Assembly (NCBI RefSeq): GCF_001194135.2
Contig: NC_068981.1
Coordinates: forward strand, 20,901,715-20,965,714
Direction: 5' to 3'
DNA: 64,000 nt
DNA from: Octopus bimaculoides
Taxonomy: Eukaryota
Shown: positions 11,961 through 24,743 of the stretch, in pieces
How the letters are laid out: every line of letters starts with the position of its first letter
How positions within the stretch are numbered: position 1 is the first letter of the stretch
Position numbers and translations under genes: made by a program
Notes under the pieces: model-generated
Databases searched by the model: none
What the model saw: only the letters and a program-made list of their open reading frames with translations
Told to the model about the DNA's origin: nothing

Positions 11961-13099
11961 ATCATGTGATGGTTGTCAACAAGCATCACTGTCATACAAA
12001 TGATGTTTCCAGTCTTCCATGAAACATGTTTGGCCATGGAGAAATATTACTTTTCATGGAAACAGGAAGGTTGGTGAGAGGAAGGGCATCCAGCTGTAGA
12101 AAATCTGCCTCAACAAATTCTGCTTGATCTATGCAAGCATTGGAAAAGTGGACATTAAGTGATGATGATGATGATGACGACTGCCATGAGTATCCTCATT
12201 TAATGTCCATTTTTCTAAGCTAGTATGATGGCTTTGTTGCAGTCTCTAATCATCTGATACACGCAGAGAAGAGAAGATTGGTAATCTGTTACTGTTGATT
12301 TTGTCCTTTTTTGCCTTTAACTATTAATTTACAACTAAATGATATTTTACTGCCGGAACTGTTAAAACAGGAATTTAACTACAACAGTCTCAATGAAAGA
12401 TCTACACATATAGGATGGTTTCTTTGATATCTTACAGAATAACAACACTGGCAATTTTCCACTGTTCTAGAGATGAATGAAAGCACTATGCAAATATTAT
12501 TAGTAAGAGGCAGTTAAGGTCGAGTGTAAACATATATTATTATCAGCTATTGAAATAACAGTGTATACAGATTAGGCAAAAGCAAAACAAATGTAAACTG
12601 ATGGTGACAATGAAGGTACTTATTTTACTGTCTAAAACTCATCAAATAAGTAATAGTAATGCTCTGGAGTTTACTTAAAAGTTTATAATTCTCCTCTTGG
12701 ACAACCCTTTACAACACAATCTCTAGTTATCCTCTAAATGGTAGGAGACTAAAGGCCTTAAAGTATATAGGGTTTCCCTATTTTAATACTAATGAAAGGA
12801 TTAATATAGAAGTGACAGATTATGTAGTAAGAGGAAAGTAACTTAAAGGATTTCTATCCTTCTCGAATACCATCAAAAACAGTTTGAAAGTGGTCATTAT
12901 GGTAATAGTAAATATAATTGAATATTTTCCCAAATAGAAAATAATAACAATAACAACAACAAGCTTATTGTGTACAGGTGCACAAGTAGGAAATGGGTAA
13001 AATGGGGGACAGAAAGCAGTAACAATTCAAGTAAATAGGGACAGGATAAAACATAAGAAGACAGAAAGGTGATGAGTAAAAGAGGAAGGGGTGCACAGG

Positions 13100-14900
13100 T
13101 ACATCAGGAGGGTGTAGGTGAATTTTGTGAAGCATGATATTTTTGAAGATACAATGTTCTGACAGCTGACAGTTGATGCTTCAACAATTCTGAATGTGAA
13201 AAAAAAAAAAAAGTGTCTTTGAGAGTCAAGGGTATTACAAATGGTAAAAGTACTGAATTAAAGTAAAATTGGGCAAGAATTTTGTTGGAAAATAGTGGAT
13301 AATCTTATGGATTTCTAATGAGTAAGCTGTTGATGGTTCAAGATATGGTGACTGACAGAGGTTATTCATCTGCCTCTGGATAGCTTCCAGTAGATTGATA
13401 TTCTGGACAAGATGAGTGTTCCAGACTAGAGATGCGAAAAAGTATGGATGTACCGTAGCCATATATAGCTGTGAGTAGCTGACAAAGGTCTTACTGAGTG
13501 ATATATAGACACCTTCAGCCTTTTTCGTGATTTTAGAGATGGTTTGTCTCACATAGATCATTGTTGACAATAATGCCTAAATTACATTCACCAGTAGACT
13601 GATATTGATGTTGTGGAGTGAGTAGGTAAATTCTGGGTTCCTCTAAACATGTATTGTAGTACACTTGTCTACAGCCAACTTCAGTGTCCAGTCAGCAATC
13701 CATTGCTGTGTCCAGGTCAAATTGAAGGAGAGATTTATAGTGTATGGGTTCTATTCTAATATAGTAACATGCTTCAAGTTAGCATCTATTTTGCTAATAT
13801 ATGCAACAAACATCAGGGGACTAATATTCCTGCTGGACTCCAGACATCATCAAGTCGGATACAGAATATTGTCCTAGTACTGTGACTCCCTCTTTTTGAC
13901 CAACAATGAAGGACTTCAACTTGTTATATAGATTAGCCCTCATGCCCAATGCAAAGGGCTTCACCTTAAATCATCTGTATGTGATAGAATTAAAGACTTT
14001 GGTGAATTTGAGACAGATAACATCCAGCCATGAGCCATCGTCTATAAATCAGGTGATGTCTTTAAGAAATTAGATGAGTTAGATCAAAACTGTGAGGGTC
14101 AAATAAAATTATGAAAGTTTCAGAGTGTCTCTCTGACATAGGAGTCTATCAATTTAGCAATACAGTTAGTGAGAATGACTGAATGCTAATTGATAGGTGA
14201 CATGTGATTACCTTTTTTGAACAGAATAACAACACTGGCAATTTTCCACTGTTCTAGGGTAATGCAGTTATTAAAGCAGAATTGGAAGAGGCCATCACAT
14301 CTGAGGAGCAGATAAGTAACATCATTAAGGTCAGAAGCATAGTTATATGCTTGCTGTAGTGTAACAGTATTGCAGAAGTAAAATAAAGACATGTTTGGGA
14401 ATTTGGTGGATTTTCAACAGTAAAAATGCCAGCTTAGCATTCACCAATAAGCTCTGCACACTCCTTGGGTTCATCAGTAATCTGACCCATGTTAGAATTG
14501 CAGAGAGGGCTGACAGGAAGGTGAGGCCTGTTTTGAGCATGCATTTCCAGGACATTCTATTAATTGAGTTGGTTGTGATGCATTATTCAAATTTTAGTAC
14601 TGTTCTTTTTAGTTACACGATTGATATGGTTGGATACTCTGTTTTACCTTCCATTATCCCCCTGTTCTATGTAATCTGTATTCATGTTCAGTATCTCGCT
14701 GTTCTTTACTGATAAAGCAAACAGCTGCAGTCTCCCAATCTGCATTTTTTAGGTTTCTAACAAATTTATGTGGTACTGATGCTTCAAATGTAGCCCAGAT
14801 CCAATTGAACATGATTATTGGACATTGTTGCATTTTAGAACAGTGACCAATTTTGTCACATAGTTCACCCGTACATGAAACTATAGCAATTTTGTTCTGT
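13100..14900 (-). mobile_element. Degenerate CR1/L2-group LINE (linker and RT)
   Basis: VRNLKNADWE, LEQWKIASVVILFKKG, SPLMFVAYISKIDANL, WTLKLAVDKC, VWNTHLVQNINLLEAIQR in the correct order. Confidence 0.8.
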
Positions 14901-15303
14901 TTGTCTATCCATACAAAAACAAAAAAACTCTCTAAGTATAAGGCATTCATTAAACAGATTAAATATAATAAAGTGCTTTCATGACTGTTGGCTAGATACA
15001 AATATTTAAAAAGATGTGATATGTACTGGAAATAAAAGTATATTACTAAAATATATGCAGTTCAGAGAGTAAATGAATTGTGCTTTATCAGAGTTAAGAT
15101 ATATTTATCAATATGTGCATACAAATGTGCATGTAAATGCTTCTTTTTGAAGACAATAAACTTTAACATTAGAAAAAATAAGTAATAAGAGTTCAGATTC
15201 ATAGCAGAAAATTCACCTCTATTTTACTAAAATGTTAAACAAACCTAAGAACATTTATTAATGTGATAGTAACACAAAATAAAAAAAAAACTTTCAAATA
15301 GTA

Positions 15304-16417
15304 TCAGGTTGGAGTAAAAATAATCACAGTTTTTAACCATAAACTTTAAGCAAGATATCTCAACTCAGAATAAATTTTGAGTAATCATTATTTTAAAGCT
15401 TCTTAATCAAAATAACCATTAGATTCTGCACATTTTTGCCAACAAAAAATAATCCTATCTCAGTAGCATTGAATTTTGTTTGTCTTGGAACAGATGAATT
15501 CTTTGAAGGCATTTTGAACAAATGCTTGGATGTTGAAGACCTTTTGTAGGTCTGGTGAGTCAGCTGGGTGAGTACTTTTGTAGTCTAGTCTATTTAACTT
15601 CTGCAGTCATTTATGAGACATGGTTAAGAGTAGTCATAGAGAAGAATTGGTACTTCTCACTTGACTAAAACTGAACATAAATGTTGCAATTCTTGGGGCA
15701 TTTTGGTTTATTTCTAGGCATCTCTGCTGTGATGGTTTCATCAGGGTTTAAGAAATATGAGGGGATGATTCCATTTGCCCTGCAGGAATTGACCATAACC
15801 TTCCTTTGATGCTTCACTTCAGTCCAGCATGGAGGGCAATCAGTTGTCATATGAATCCGTTTTTTTTCCACATCACAAAGCAGTCAAGATATACATTGTT
15901 AGTGTTGCGCCAAAGAAGTACAGAGCAAACAACATAATGGTGTGTTTTAAAATTTTCGTTGAGTCCACATGGCACACATTTGTTGAAAGGTCAACATTTA
16001 GTTCTTCTGCAACACAGTTGTTTTGTGTGGGTCAGCTTAATTAATGGTAATCAATTGCATGTCTTCTGCAAATATTCCTCATTTTCACTATGAAAATTTT
16101 GGAACTAAATGTTTGTTGATGGTCCCCAGGCCAAATGCTTGGTTGATATTATTAGCAGTTTCCATTGCCTCGTCAATCCAATTTGAACACATGCAATGAA
16201 ATCACTTGTGTTTTTTCACACCTTTAATTTAATAGTCTAAGAATAAACATCATCATTTTTTTCATGCCAGTATGGGTTGGACAGTAAAAATAAAACTATT
16301 GGCAAGAATCAATAGATGAAAACTGCCTCTTTAAAATGGTATATTGCATGTACACAATGAAATAAAAGAATCAAAGTTTAAAATAACAAAAACTGCCACA
16401 TTTTTGCACCAACCTAA
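15304..16417 (-). mobile_element. Degenerate mariner, Hsmar1/cecropia-like TIRs
   Basis: TA-flanked TIRs tcaggttggagtaaaaataatcacag and (reverse complement) ttaggttggtgcaaaaatgtggcag; remnants ETITAE, HPADSPDL, WQKCAESNGYFD*; many stops; small RTE-tail insert at about 16247-16285. Confidence 0.85.
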
Positions 16418-16499
16418 TATTTCTTTTACTTCTGTTGGGATTTCTACTGTTTATATTAGAAAAAAAAAATCTCTATTTGGAGTTATAGTCAAAATGATT

Positions 16500-17230
16500 G
16501 ACACTGAACATTAAGCTGCATCAGTGCTCATCAGCTGTTGAAAAAAAAACGAGATCTAAATACAAGATGCACCAGGTCACCAAGAATAACAAAAAAACAC
16601 AAAGAGAAACAAGACATCAAACAAAAAATGGCACACATTGTTTAACCAGATATCAAAGAAACATGTCATTTAACAAAGCCATCCTCAGTCTCAATGATGA
16701 CCTTGATGCAGCCATGGAAGTAACTGCATGCTCCAAGATTAGGTGTTCTCTGCTCATATTATCTACCACCTTTCTTCTTGACACCCCCCACCACTCAATG
16801 ATACCTCAAATGCAGCAGTCCAGGGAACTCAAATCAGTATAGCTAAGAGGTCATATAATCACATGGTCCATCCAGCTCTTGCTTGATGAGAATTGTTCTC
16901 TCCTCATGTAAGACTTATTTGCAACCAATGTCTCCAGGCACCCCACATTGGATAACGGACTCCACCATCTTGAACTACTCAGCAATAACCATCATTGACC
17001 TACTGGGGTTGTTGTTGTTGATGATGATGTTCTGGTTCAACATGAACTGGTCTTCATGACATCTGACTTCTGAGAATGTCTTACCTCTTGGCCATAGATG
17101 ACACATTTTTATACAAAGGACTTGGTCATGATTTAGAAACTGATGATTTCTAAATTGCTGTGGTTGATGGATAGAGCCAAGAGCATGATATATTGTTTCC
17201 TTTTTTGTGTCAGATAGGAATTTGCTATGT
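16500..17230 (-). mobile_element. CR1-like LINE 3' remnant
   Basis: KSYMRR...LSYTDLSSLD similarity to the CR1 RT C-terminus; weak. Confidence 0.4.
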
Positions 17231-17800
17231 TAATGGCATTTATACATCTGGAAGAGAAATGACAAAGTTAAAATTTGTCACATGCACTATAACATGTTAG
17301 GTTGCTTCCATTCACGGTCTGTTAAAGTTTGTTCAGAAATATTTAGCACACAGTGTATTTAAACAGCTGACAGGAAATAATAAAGAAAAAAAGAATCCTT
17401 TAAATGATTAAATTGTCCCTTAAAGCCAAACCATGACATTCTTCATCTATAAACTTGATTCATTTCTTCACGGTTCAACTGATATTTAAAAAGTTATTTC
17501 CAATGATGATTGCTCCACAAGTTGCATTAGTAAGTTTTCTTCAATGACCTTTGGATATTAAACTCTTCATTTCTTGGATTAGTCTGTTGTGAATCATAAA
17601 CAAAATTCTACTACTTTTTAACTGGTTTACTTTAGTATAGGTGAGGGATCCACATTTTCTACCATAGGAATCATCATCATATCCTCAATTATATTGGCAG
17701 CTTGTAAACATCTTATCAAACAATCTCTCAGAACAACTCATCTCTTTGTAGCTGGAGTTGCTATTAATAACAATCTCTCCAGTTACCATCTTCTAAAATC
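17230..17800 (-). mobile_element. Possible Tc1-like transposase C-terminal remnant
   Basis: Degenerate YPKVIEENLL...KFIDEE...RDNLII resembles the Tc1 YIEILEENLL...SPDLNPIE order; no TIR found. Confidence 0.3.
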
Positions 17801-19355
17801 ACAACAAGCTAAGTTTACACATTAATTTGCTTAGGGTAGCATAAACCAGATAGATTTTGAGATAAAAACTTAAGTCAATATTTTCCTTGATAGGGAAAAC
17901 ATGTCTTAAGGGTATTTTCTTTCCAGAGACAGTCACTTACCAGAACTTCAATTTTTCAAGGGCAGAAGTTAATTGGTAAATGAATATGAGATGAATATGA
18001 CACTTGTTAGTAATATCAATTCCTGTATTCTAACAGCATTTCTCTGGATCACATTAGATTCTGTTCTACTGAACAAGCAACATGAATTATGTTTTTACAG
18101 GTATGGTGTAGAAAACGTATTGACATCAATCTGTGAAAGAGTAGCAAACTCACCCCTTTCTCCAGGAACCTGAAGTGGTACCTTAGGAAAGTGCTAACAA
18201 GCTCTCAGGCCAGAGTTACAATGGGTCCAGATATGTGCTCCCTACAGCTGTGATGGAAAATGATAGCAGCAGCAGTCTGACACTTCCAATTATCTTGGTG
18301 GCTTGGTCATTGGTTATTTCACTATCAAGATCCTGGGGATGATGTTAAACTGTACTCAAGTCCCCAACTAATGGGTGGTCCAGTTGAATGTCACTACATT
18401 GGCTGAGGCTGGAGTTCCAGCAGATTCTTTTCTGCATCCTTCAGAACAGGCCTGTTCACATCAGAATAGCATAGCTAAGAGTAGTGACTGCGTGATACTC
18501 TATTTCATTAAAGGAAGGATATCATGTAGCCCAAGTTGATGATGACCATGATAATATTTTTAAGAATTTCACAACCATGAAGTAGCATCACAGCAACCTA
18601 AGAAACAGTCTAAATTTTATTTAAATTCTCAATAAAAATGAGAAAATTATAAGTCAATGAGTTTATTCACTTAGTAATTTACAAAGAAACAAATTTAAAA
18701 ACCATGAACAAATTATTTAGACAAACTTTTATTCAAATTAATTTGTCTAATACAGATTTGTAACATTTTATGCAAATTAGTAGCCTTGCAAGAGTAGTGA
18801 GTGTTGGTTTCGTTGACTTTTAAAACCAATCTCTCTCTAACAAGTTGACCAAATATCTGCATCACATTACACAAATAACAACAGACTCAATTAGGCTTTC
18901 AACTTTTTTTATTTTCTAAAATTGTAATTAAATGATCTGTAAATACAATATCTTCACAAGGTAAAAATCAAATATTGCAATACACATTTCAATAGCTACA
19001 CCCTCTTGTAAAGTGTTTACACAAGATAGCTGGGAACTAACGGAAACTGAAGATGAGCATATTTTTTAGCCTGGCCTGACTATTTACAAGACTGATTCTT
19101 TGTCAAAATATCACAGACTAAAATTTTAGGTTAACCTTAAACTGTTTTGAGTAATCATTATTTTAAAGCTTCTTTATCAAACAATAAACGACAATAACTT
19201 AATACAGAGATTGAAATGACAAAAATGAAATAAAAATAAATTTTTCTTCATTCAGTGATGTCAGAATTATAAGACCTGAAGTCACTTTAAAACTAGCCAA
19301 ATTTCTGCAGTACAGCGTATGTGTATATACACACACACAATAAACAAGAACTTAC

Positions 19356-19412
19356 ATGCTTGCAGTTCTATATGCTGTGCATAAAGGATATGTACAACTG
19401 TTCATAGGATAG
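19356..19412 (-). CDS. Possible small exon (YPMNSCTYPLCTAYRTAS) with phase-2 donor compatible with the 9434 acceptor
   Basis: Donor AT|gtaagt at 19355; the acceptor choice (cctcccag) is uncertain. Confidence 0.18.
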
Positions 19413-22400
19413 CTGGGAGGCCACACCAGTCATTAAAAAAGAGACACAGACTGAATGGTAATGAATCCAATGAGTTGGGATAAATAAATGAGACATTAAG
19501 TCAGAGCTCAAGAAGAACCTATACATTTTACACCAATAGCACCCATTTCAAAAAGTCTTTCTACAGATACAATGTTGCTAGCCACAGTTATTTCTGTTTC
19601 TTAGCAACAGCTCCAACTATCTTTACTATCACAATTGTACATGATATTGCTAAAGATTGAAGTAGGCAGTGAAACTATCATCTAATCTCTGTATTTAAAC
19701 CAAATTAACATTGAAAAATGTGAAGTAGAAGATTCTAAGACAAAACAAAAGAAATCAGTGAAATAAAACAGAGTCATGCTTAAAACACCTAAGGGTTTGA
19801 TTGAAAATACTGACAATGAAATCCATAAGTCAACACTTCAGTTTATTAGAAATGCTAAGCTGTTGGGTGAGCAATTGTTCTACTTCGCTGGAATCTCACA
19901 CTTATTTCATTTAATTCTTCAATTGGTCTCAGTTTTGTTACTGTGCTCTTAGAGTGAACTCTAAACCACTGAATATATCTCAGCTCAGTTTGCCAATGGA
20001 AAGAGTTACATAGTTGTTTCTGAAGAGCTAGACATTAGTGAGACAGTTAAGGTGAGAATTGCAGAGTAAGAAAGAACTGAGTATATTGTCAGGGCATGTT
20101 ATACAGATGGAAAGACCAAAAGCATAGAGATAGGGGATACATCATACAGTAGTCTATTTCTTTTCTAGACTAGTACCAAGACATCAGTATAGTATTTATC
20201 AATAAGATTGTTTAATAATAAGCAATTTAGTTTTGTTCTTTCATAGCAATATGGCTATTTGGTACCATGGTCAGTTTATTCAACTTAGGTCTATTTCAAA
20301 TGAGTCAGTATTAATTGGACAAAGCAGTGTTCTGTTTATTTACAAGTAATATCAAGAGTCTATTTACAAATAAAACCAATAGAATGAACAGATTCTATGA
20401 GCAATGTTACATATACAGTGCTTAACAGTGTATCTCCTGGTTTTGTATTAGCTCACTTGAGTGTTTATTGTTTTGACAAATTAGACCATCATTATCAATT
20501 CATGTTAAACACACTTATAGCCAGTTATTCCAAATGTTCTGTTTGACAGCTGGATAAAACTTTATTAAATCTCTTCAAATTCTTTATTATGTAACAAACT
20601 AACTGACTGTTTAAGTTTTTGAGAGTAAATAATTCCTCACTTTTTTCTCTAAGATGTTTCTCCATGTTGTTAGTTACAGATAAGGTCATAAGCTTGAAAC
20701 ATATTTTTCACTCCTCACAACAAATGAACTTATTTTATGCATTCATTGTTGTCAACACAGTCCATCACAAGTTTCTTTAATTTGAATTTTACCTTATCTA
20801 CGCTAATGCCAAGGTTAAATACTTTAAAGTCAAGTATTCAACTAAGAAATGAGAATATCTTCTATTTTTCACCTAAATAAATAAAGAGATCTGTAGTTTA
20901 ATGTAACCGTATCTACTTTGTGTAGTATTTATAAAATGTTAGAGGGGACACTGTATCATCACACAAACTGCTATTAGTAATATGACTACTGTCTTAGTCT
21001 TAATCAGATTTTTTTTTAGAAAATATCTATTATGAAAGCAGCATATTTCTACAGATTTAAATTTTTCTAAAACAAAAATATCTAAAATGGAATAAAGTGA
21101 TATTATACTTTGGTTGAAATGGCTGACATCTCACACTACTTGTTAAAAGAGAGGGCTATAAATTAATAAATGATGTTGTTGATAGGAATGTAGCATAAGA
21201 ACATCCAAAGACGCAGTCATTAGCAAAATTATAATGATATTAATAATAATTTGTTTAGTGATTTAAATAACAAAGAGTTATGAGTTTAAGCCCAATGTGT
21301 GTGTATGTGTAACACAAAACCTAGTGATTTTGAGAGAAATGAAACATGGGGAAGGATCTATTAACAGTATACATAGATTATCTTGATGATTATGATGATT
21401 TGGAAAAATATACAAGAAACAGACTGTTCCTTCAGATATAGATGTTTACAATGGGCATCTTACATACAAAGTATAAAACCTGAGATTTCAGTTTGGATGT
21501 ATAAAAGTGGGGTTGGAAATTGTGATGTTTATTCCTTTCTTAAAAGCAGTAGTAGCCAGACACTGAGATCAAGATGTAAATGATATATTTCAATAGCTGT
21601 TCAGATGACTCATAAGAAAATTGTGGTGAAATATTACAAGAGGTTTTATATTCTGGGTGAAAACATTGTGAATGGGAAAATGAATTTTGGAAAGAAAATG
21701 GATGGAGAAAGAGCATACCCAGTAGATGTCAAATAAGCATGTAAAATAGTCAAGCAAGTAACGAAATAGACTACCCAACTGCCATGTTCATTATATGCAA
21801 TGCAGCATATTTGGAAATGGTTTCACCATTTTACATCTAGTTCTCTATGCTGGTTTGTTTGAGACCCTTTCTAATACTAAGCATCCAACTGTGAGGGAGG
21901 AGAAAAACCTGATTATTTACAATGATAATGATGAATTTTCTTAACATGGACAATTTTGTGAGAAGAATATATAAATTGATTATACCCAGTATATTTAATC
22001 TGACACTGGCAGGGTTTGAACATTAATAACATAAGTTACTACTACACTCTGGCAACTTTAAATATGATGATGATAAATTTATTGTCATTAGGCAAGAAAG
22101 ACAATTGTTGTAAGGTGTTCACTGACTCAAAATAGCAAATAACAAGCAGTATTTTTAATTACTATTTGGGGGTTAAATCATCTGTTGTTGAAATTAAATA
22201 TTGAATAACATTACTGTGTTGTCTTAACCAGCTCCTTTAGTAAATTCTCAAGATAATCGAATGGATACTCTACTAGCTATAATTTAAGTATCCCATTTTC
22301 TGAAGTTTAAAATTTTACCACAGTTGACTTTGTGCATTGTTAAAAGTAATCTACAGAACAAAATACCAAAGTTTCCCTCTTTGAACATTGACAAGAAAGT

Positions 22401-22796
22401 CTCTAATTCAGATTAAACAACCCTGAAAGGATGAAAGGCAAAGCTGAACTCGATGGTATATGAATTTGGTACGCAAAGAGATATAACTAAATATAGTATA
22501 TTTAATGCATGTCTAATGCGTTATCCATTCCACTGTAAAAATAAAAATAACAAGAACTTCTAATATAGGTACAAGGACACGTATGTTTGGGGTGGGGTAT
22601 AGTCAATTTAAATGACACAGTACTTAACTGGTACTTATTTTTATCAAATTCAGAAAGATGAAAGACAAAGTCAAGCCAGACGGGAATTAAACTCAGAATA
22701 TAATTAAATGACACAAGGCATTGTTTCCTGCCACTCTATCAATTCTGTCAAACACAGCCTTCTATATACAACTATGAATACTTCTAATGATTATAA

Positions 22797-23016
22797 CAAT
22801 CCTTTCTGCTGGAGGTACAGGGCCTCAAATTTGGCAAGAGGGGGACTAGTTGATCACATCAACCCCATTGTTTCACTAGTACTTAATTTATCGACCCCAA
22901 ACAGATGAAAGGCGAAGTTGACCTTGGTGCAATTTGAACTCAGAACATAGTGACGGGTGAAATACCGCTAAGCATTTCGTCCAGCATGCTAATGATTCTG
23001 CCAGCTCGCTGCCTTC
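22797..23016 (-). mobile_element. SINE of the same family; fragments also at 22410-22710 and 6580-6810
   Basis: TSD taatgattataa at 22785 and 23017. Confidence 0.88.
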
Positions 23017-23664
23017 TAATGATTATAATAATTACTGTCTAACCATGAAATGTACACTTTTAGTATTTTTATCTTAGAACAGTAGTGACTAACTGAAAGA
23101 CACACAAAACAATTAAAAATACATAACAAGGGGAGTCATGATAGAATCTAATAAACTGATACCTCCAAAACTAGCTGCTTATAACAGTAATGAGATCCAA
23201 TGCATTATGGTAGGCAAATGTACAGCCTCATGAAAAAAGTTCAGGTGTAAGGTTTTAAGTGAATGTTATGGTAAAATTGGGTGTCTGTTTAAAAAAATAC
23301 TCTGTATGTATCTCATTCTATACTACTATCAATTATAAATTAACAACTGCTGCTCTAAAAGAGCTTGTTAAGCCAACTGAGAGCAAGCAATCTGCCTTTA
23401 TCAAGGACACAATACGTTAGAGAATAAGCTGGACTATATACTTCATTATCAGGTGATAAATTGTACATATAAATTGATATACACCTTCTGTTTTCTCAAG
23501 AAAGATACAAAAGACAGATCTATCACCATTTTATAACAGATCTCATGAGATAAGGTAAACATTTGCAGTGGTGCAGAAAAAATTCAATCCATTGATTCTG
23601 CTGGCACCAATGTGTTAAATTCAAGACAATGTTATATAGTTATTTAACATTGTTCTCTGCAGTT

Positions 23665-23670
23665 TTTATT
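23665..23670 (-). promoter_or_regulatory. Candidate polyadenylation signal (AATAAA on minus strand) for NCOA5
   Basis: tttatt on the plus strand about 500 nt past the stop; such hexamers are common in this AT-rich DNA, so support is weak. Confidence 0.2.
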
Positions 23671-24168
23671 ATAATGGATTTTATGGAATAAAACTTTGTG
23701 GTAAAATGCCTTCAGCAAGCACTATACCAGATAATATACAAGTTAAAACTGAAATAATTTACAACCAATAGTTTGCATGTGATATAAAAACAACAACGGA
23801 AACAAAACAATATTTCCCTTCATCAGTCACAATGAGAATGTCTGTCTGTTGAAAAAAAAAAAAGCAAAAAACAATTTGCTCACTGGAGGAAATTCTTCAA
23901 TATACACAAATCAGGAAAGTATTTCATGAATGAGTGATCAATGCTAGTAAGATGATAGATTTGTGGAGATGATATAAGACAGTGAAGGAAAATGTCAGTT
24001 TTGAAGATCTATTTTTTTTTGAATATCTATTTTTTTCTGTCAAACATAACAAGTATATGTTATGTTTGGTTAAAATAATTCAGACTTTCAATGCAGTATT
24101 GCTTCATGTAATTCATAGTATAACAGGGAAATATGATCAAATTGAACAGAAAATAGTGTATCTCAGAA

Positions 24169-24743
24169 TCAATAACGGTTACTGATCCCTACTGAAGATG
24201 GAGTAGGTCTGCTTGCCAAATTTTGGTTCATGCCCGTGTTAGGCATTTGTGAAGCCCGCTGTGGACCCCATTGTGGGATGTGTCGGTCCATAGAACTAGG
24301 TCCAGAATTATTGGTTGGAAAACGGGGATGATTTTTCACTCCATCAAATGGTAAATTATCACTTCTTTGAGGTAAAGATAGCCCTTTTGCTACAGCAGTA
24401 ATATTTTCAAGGATATTAGGCCCACTCTGCATCAAATTGTCAAGAGCCCTTTTAACAGTAGGGTTTTCAAAGTTGATAAAAGCTTTCATGTTTGAAGGAT
24501 TTCCAAAAAAATCAGGGGGAACATCTTCCATATTGCTCATTGCAGCATCAGATTTGGTACGAAGAAGAGGATTGAGCAGTGATGATGACTGTCCATCAGC
24601 AGAGTTATCTCCAGCGGTATTAGAAGTAATCATACTTAATATTTTAGATTGAAAATCTGTATCTTTCTGCTGGTTGGGATGCTGTAACAGCATTTTGCTA
24701 TCAATTCTTCGCTTATCCTCTTCGGCTCTAAAGCCACCTGAAC
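24169..24743 (-). CDS. NCOA5: NCOA5 terminal coding exon (GSGGFRAEEDKRRIDSKMLLQ...SVGISNRY*)
   Basis: Acceptor tttttgtccttcag, phase 1; includes ORF 24169-24693 and ends in TGA; DFQSKILSM and NFENPTVKRALDNLMQSGP motifs. Confidence 0.92.
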
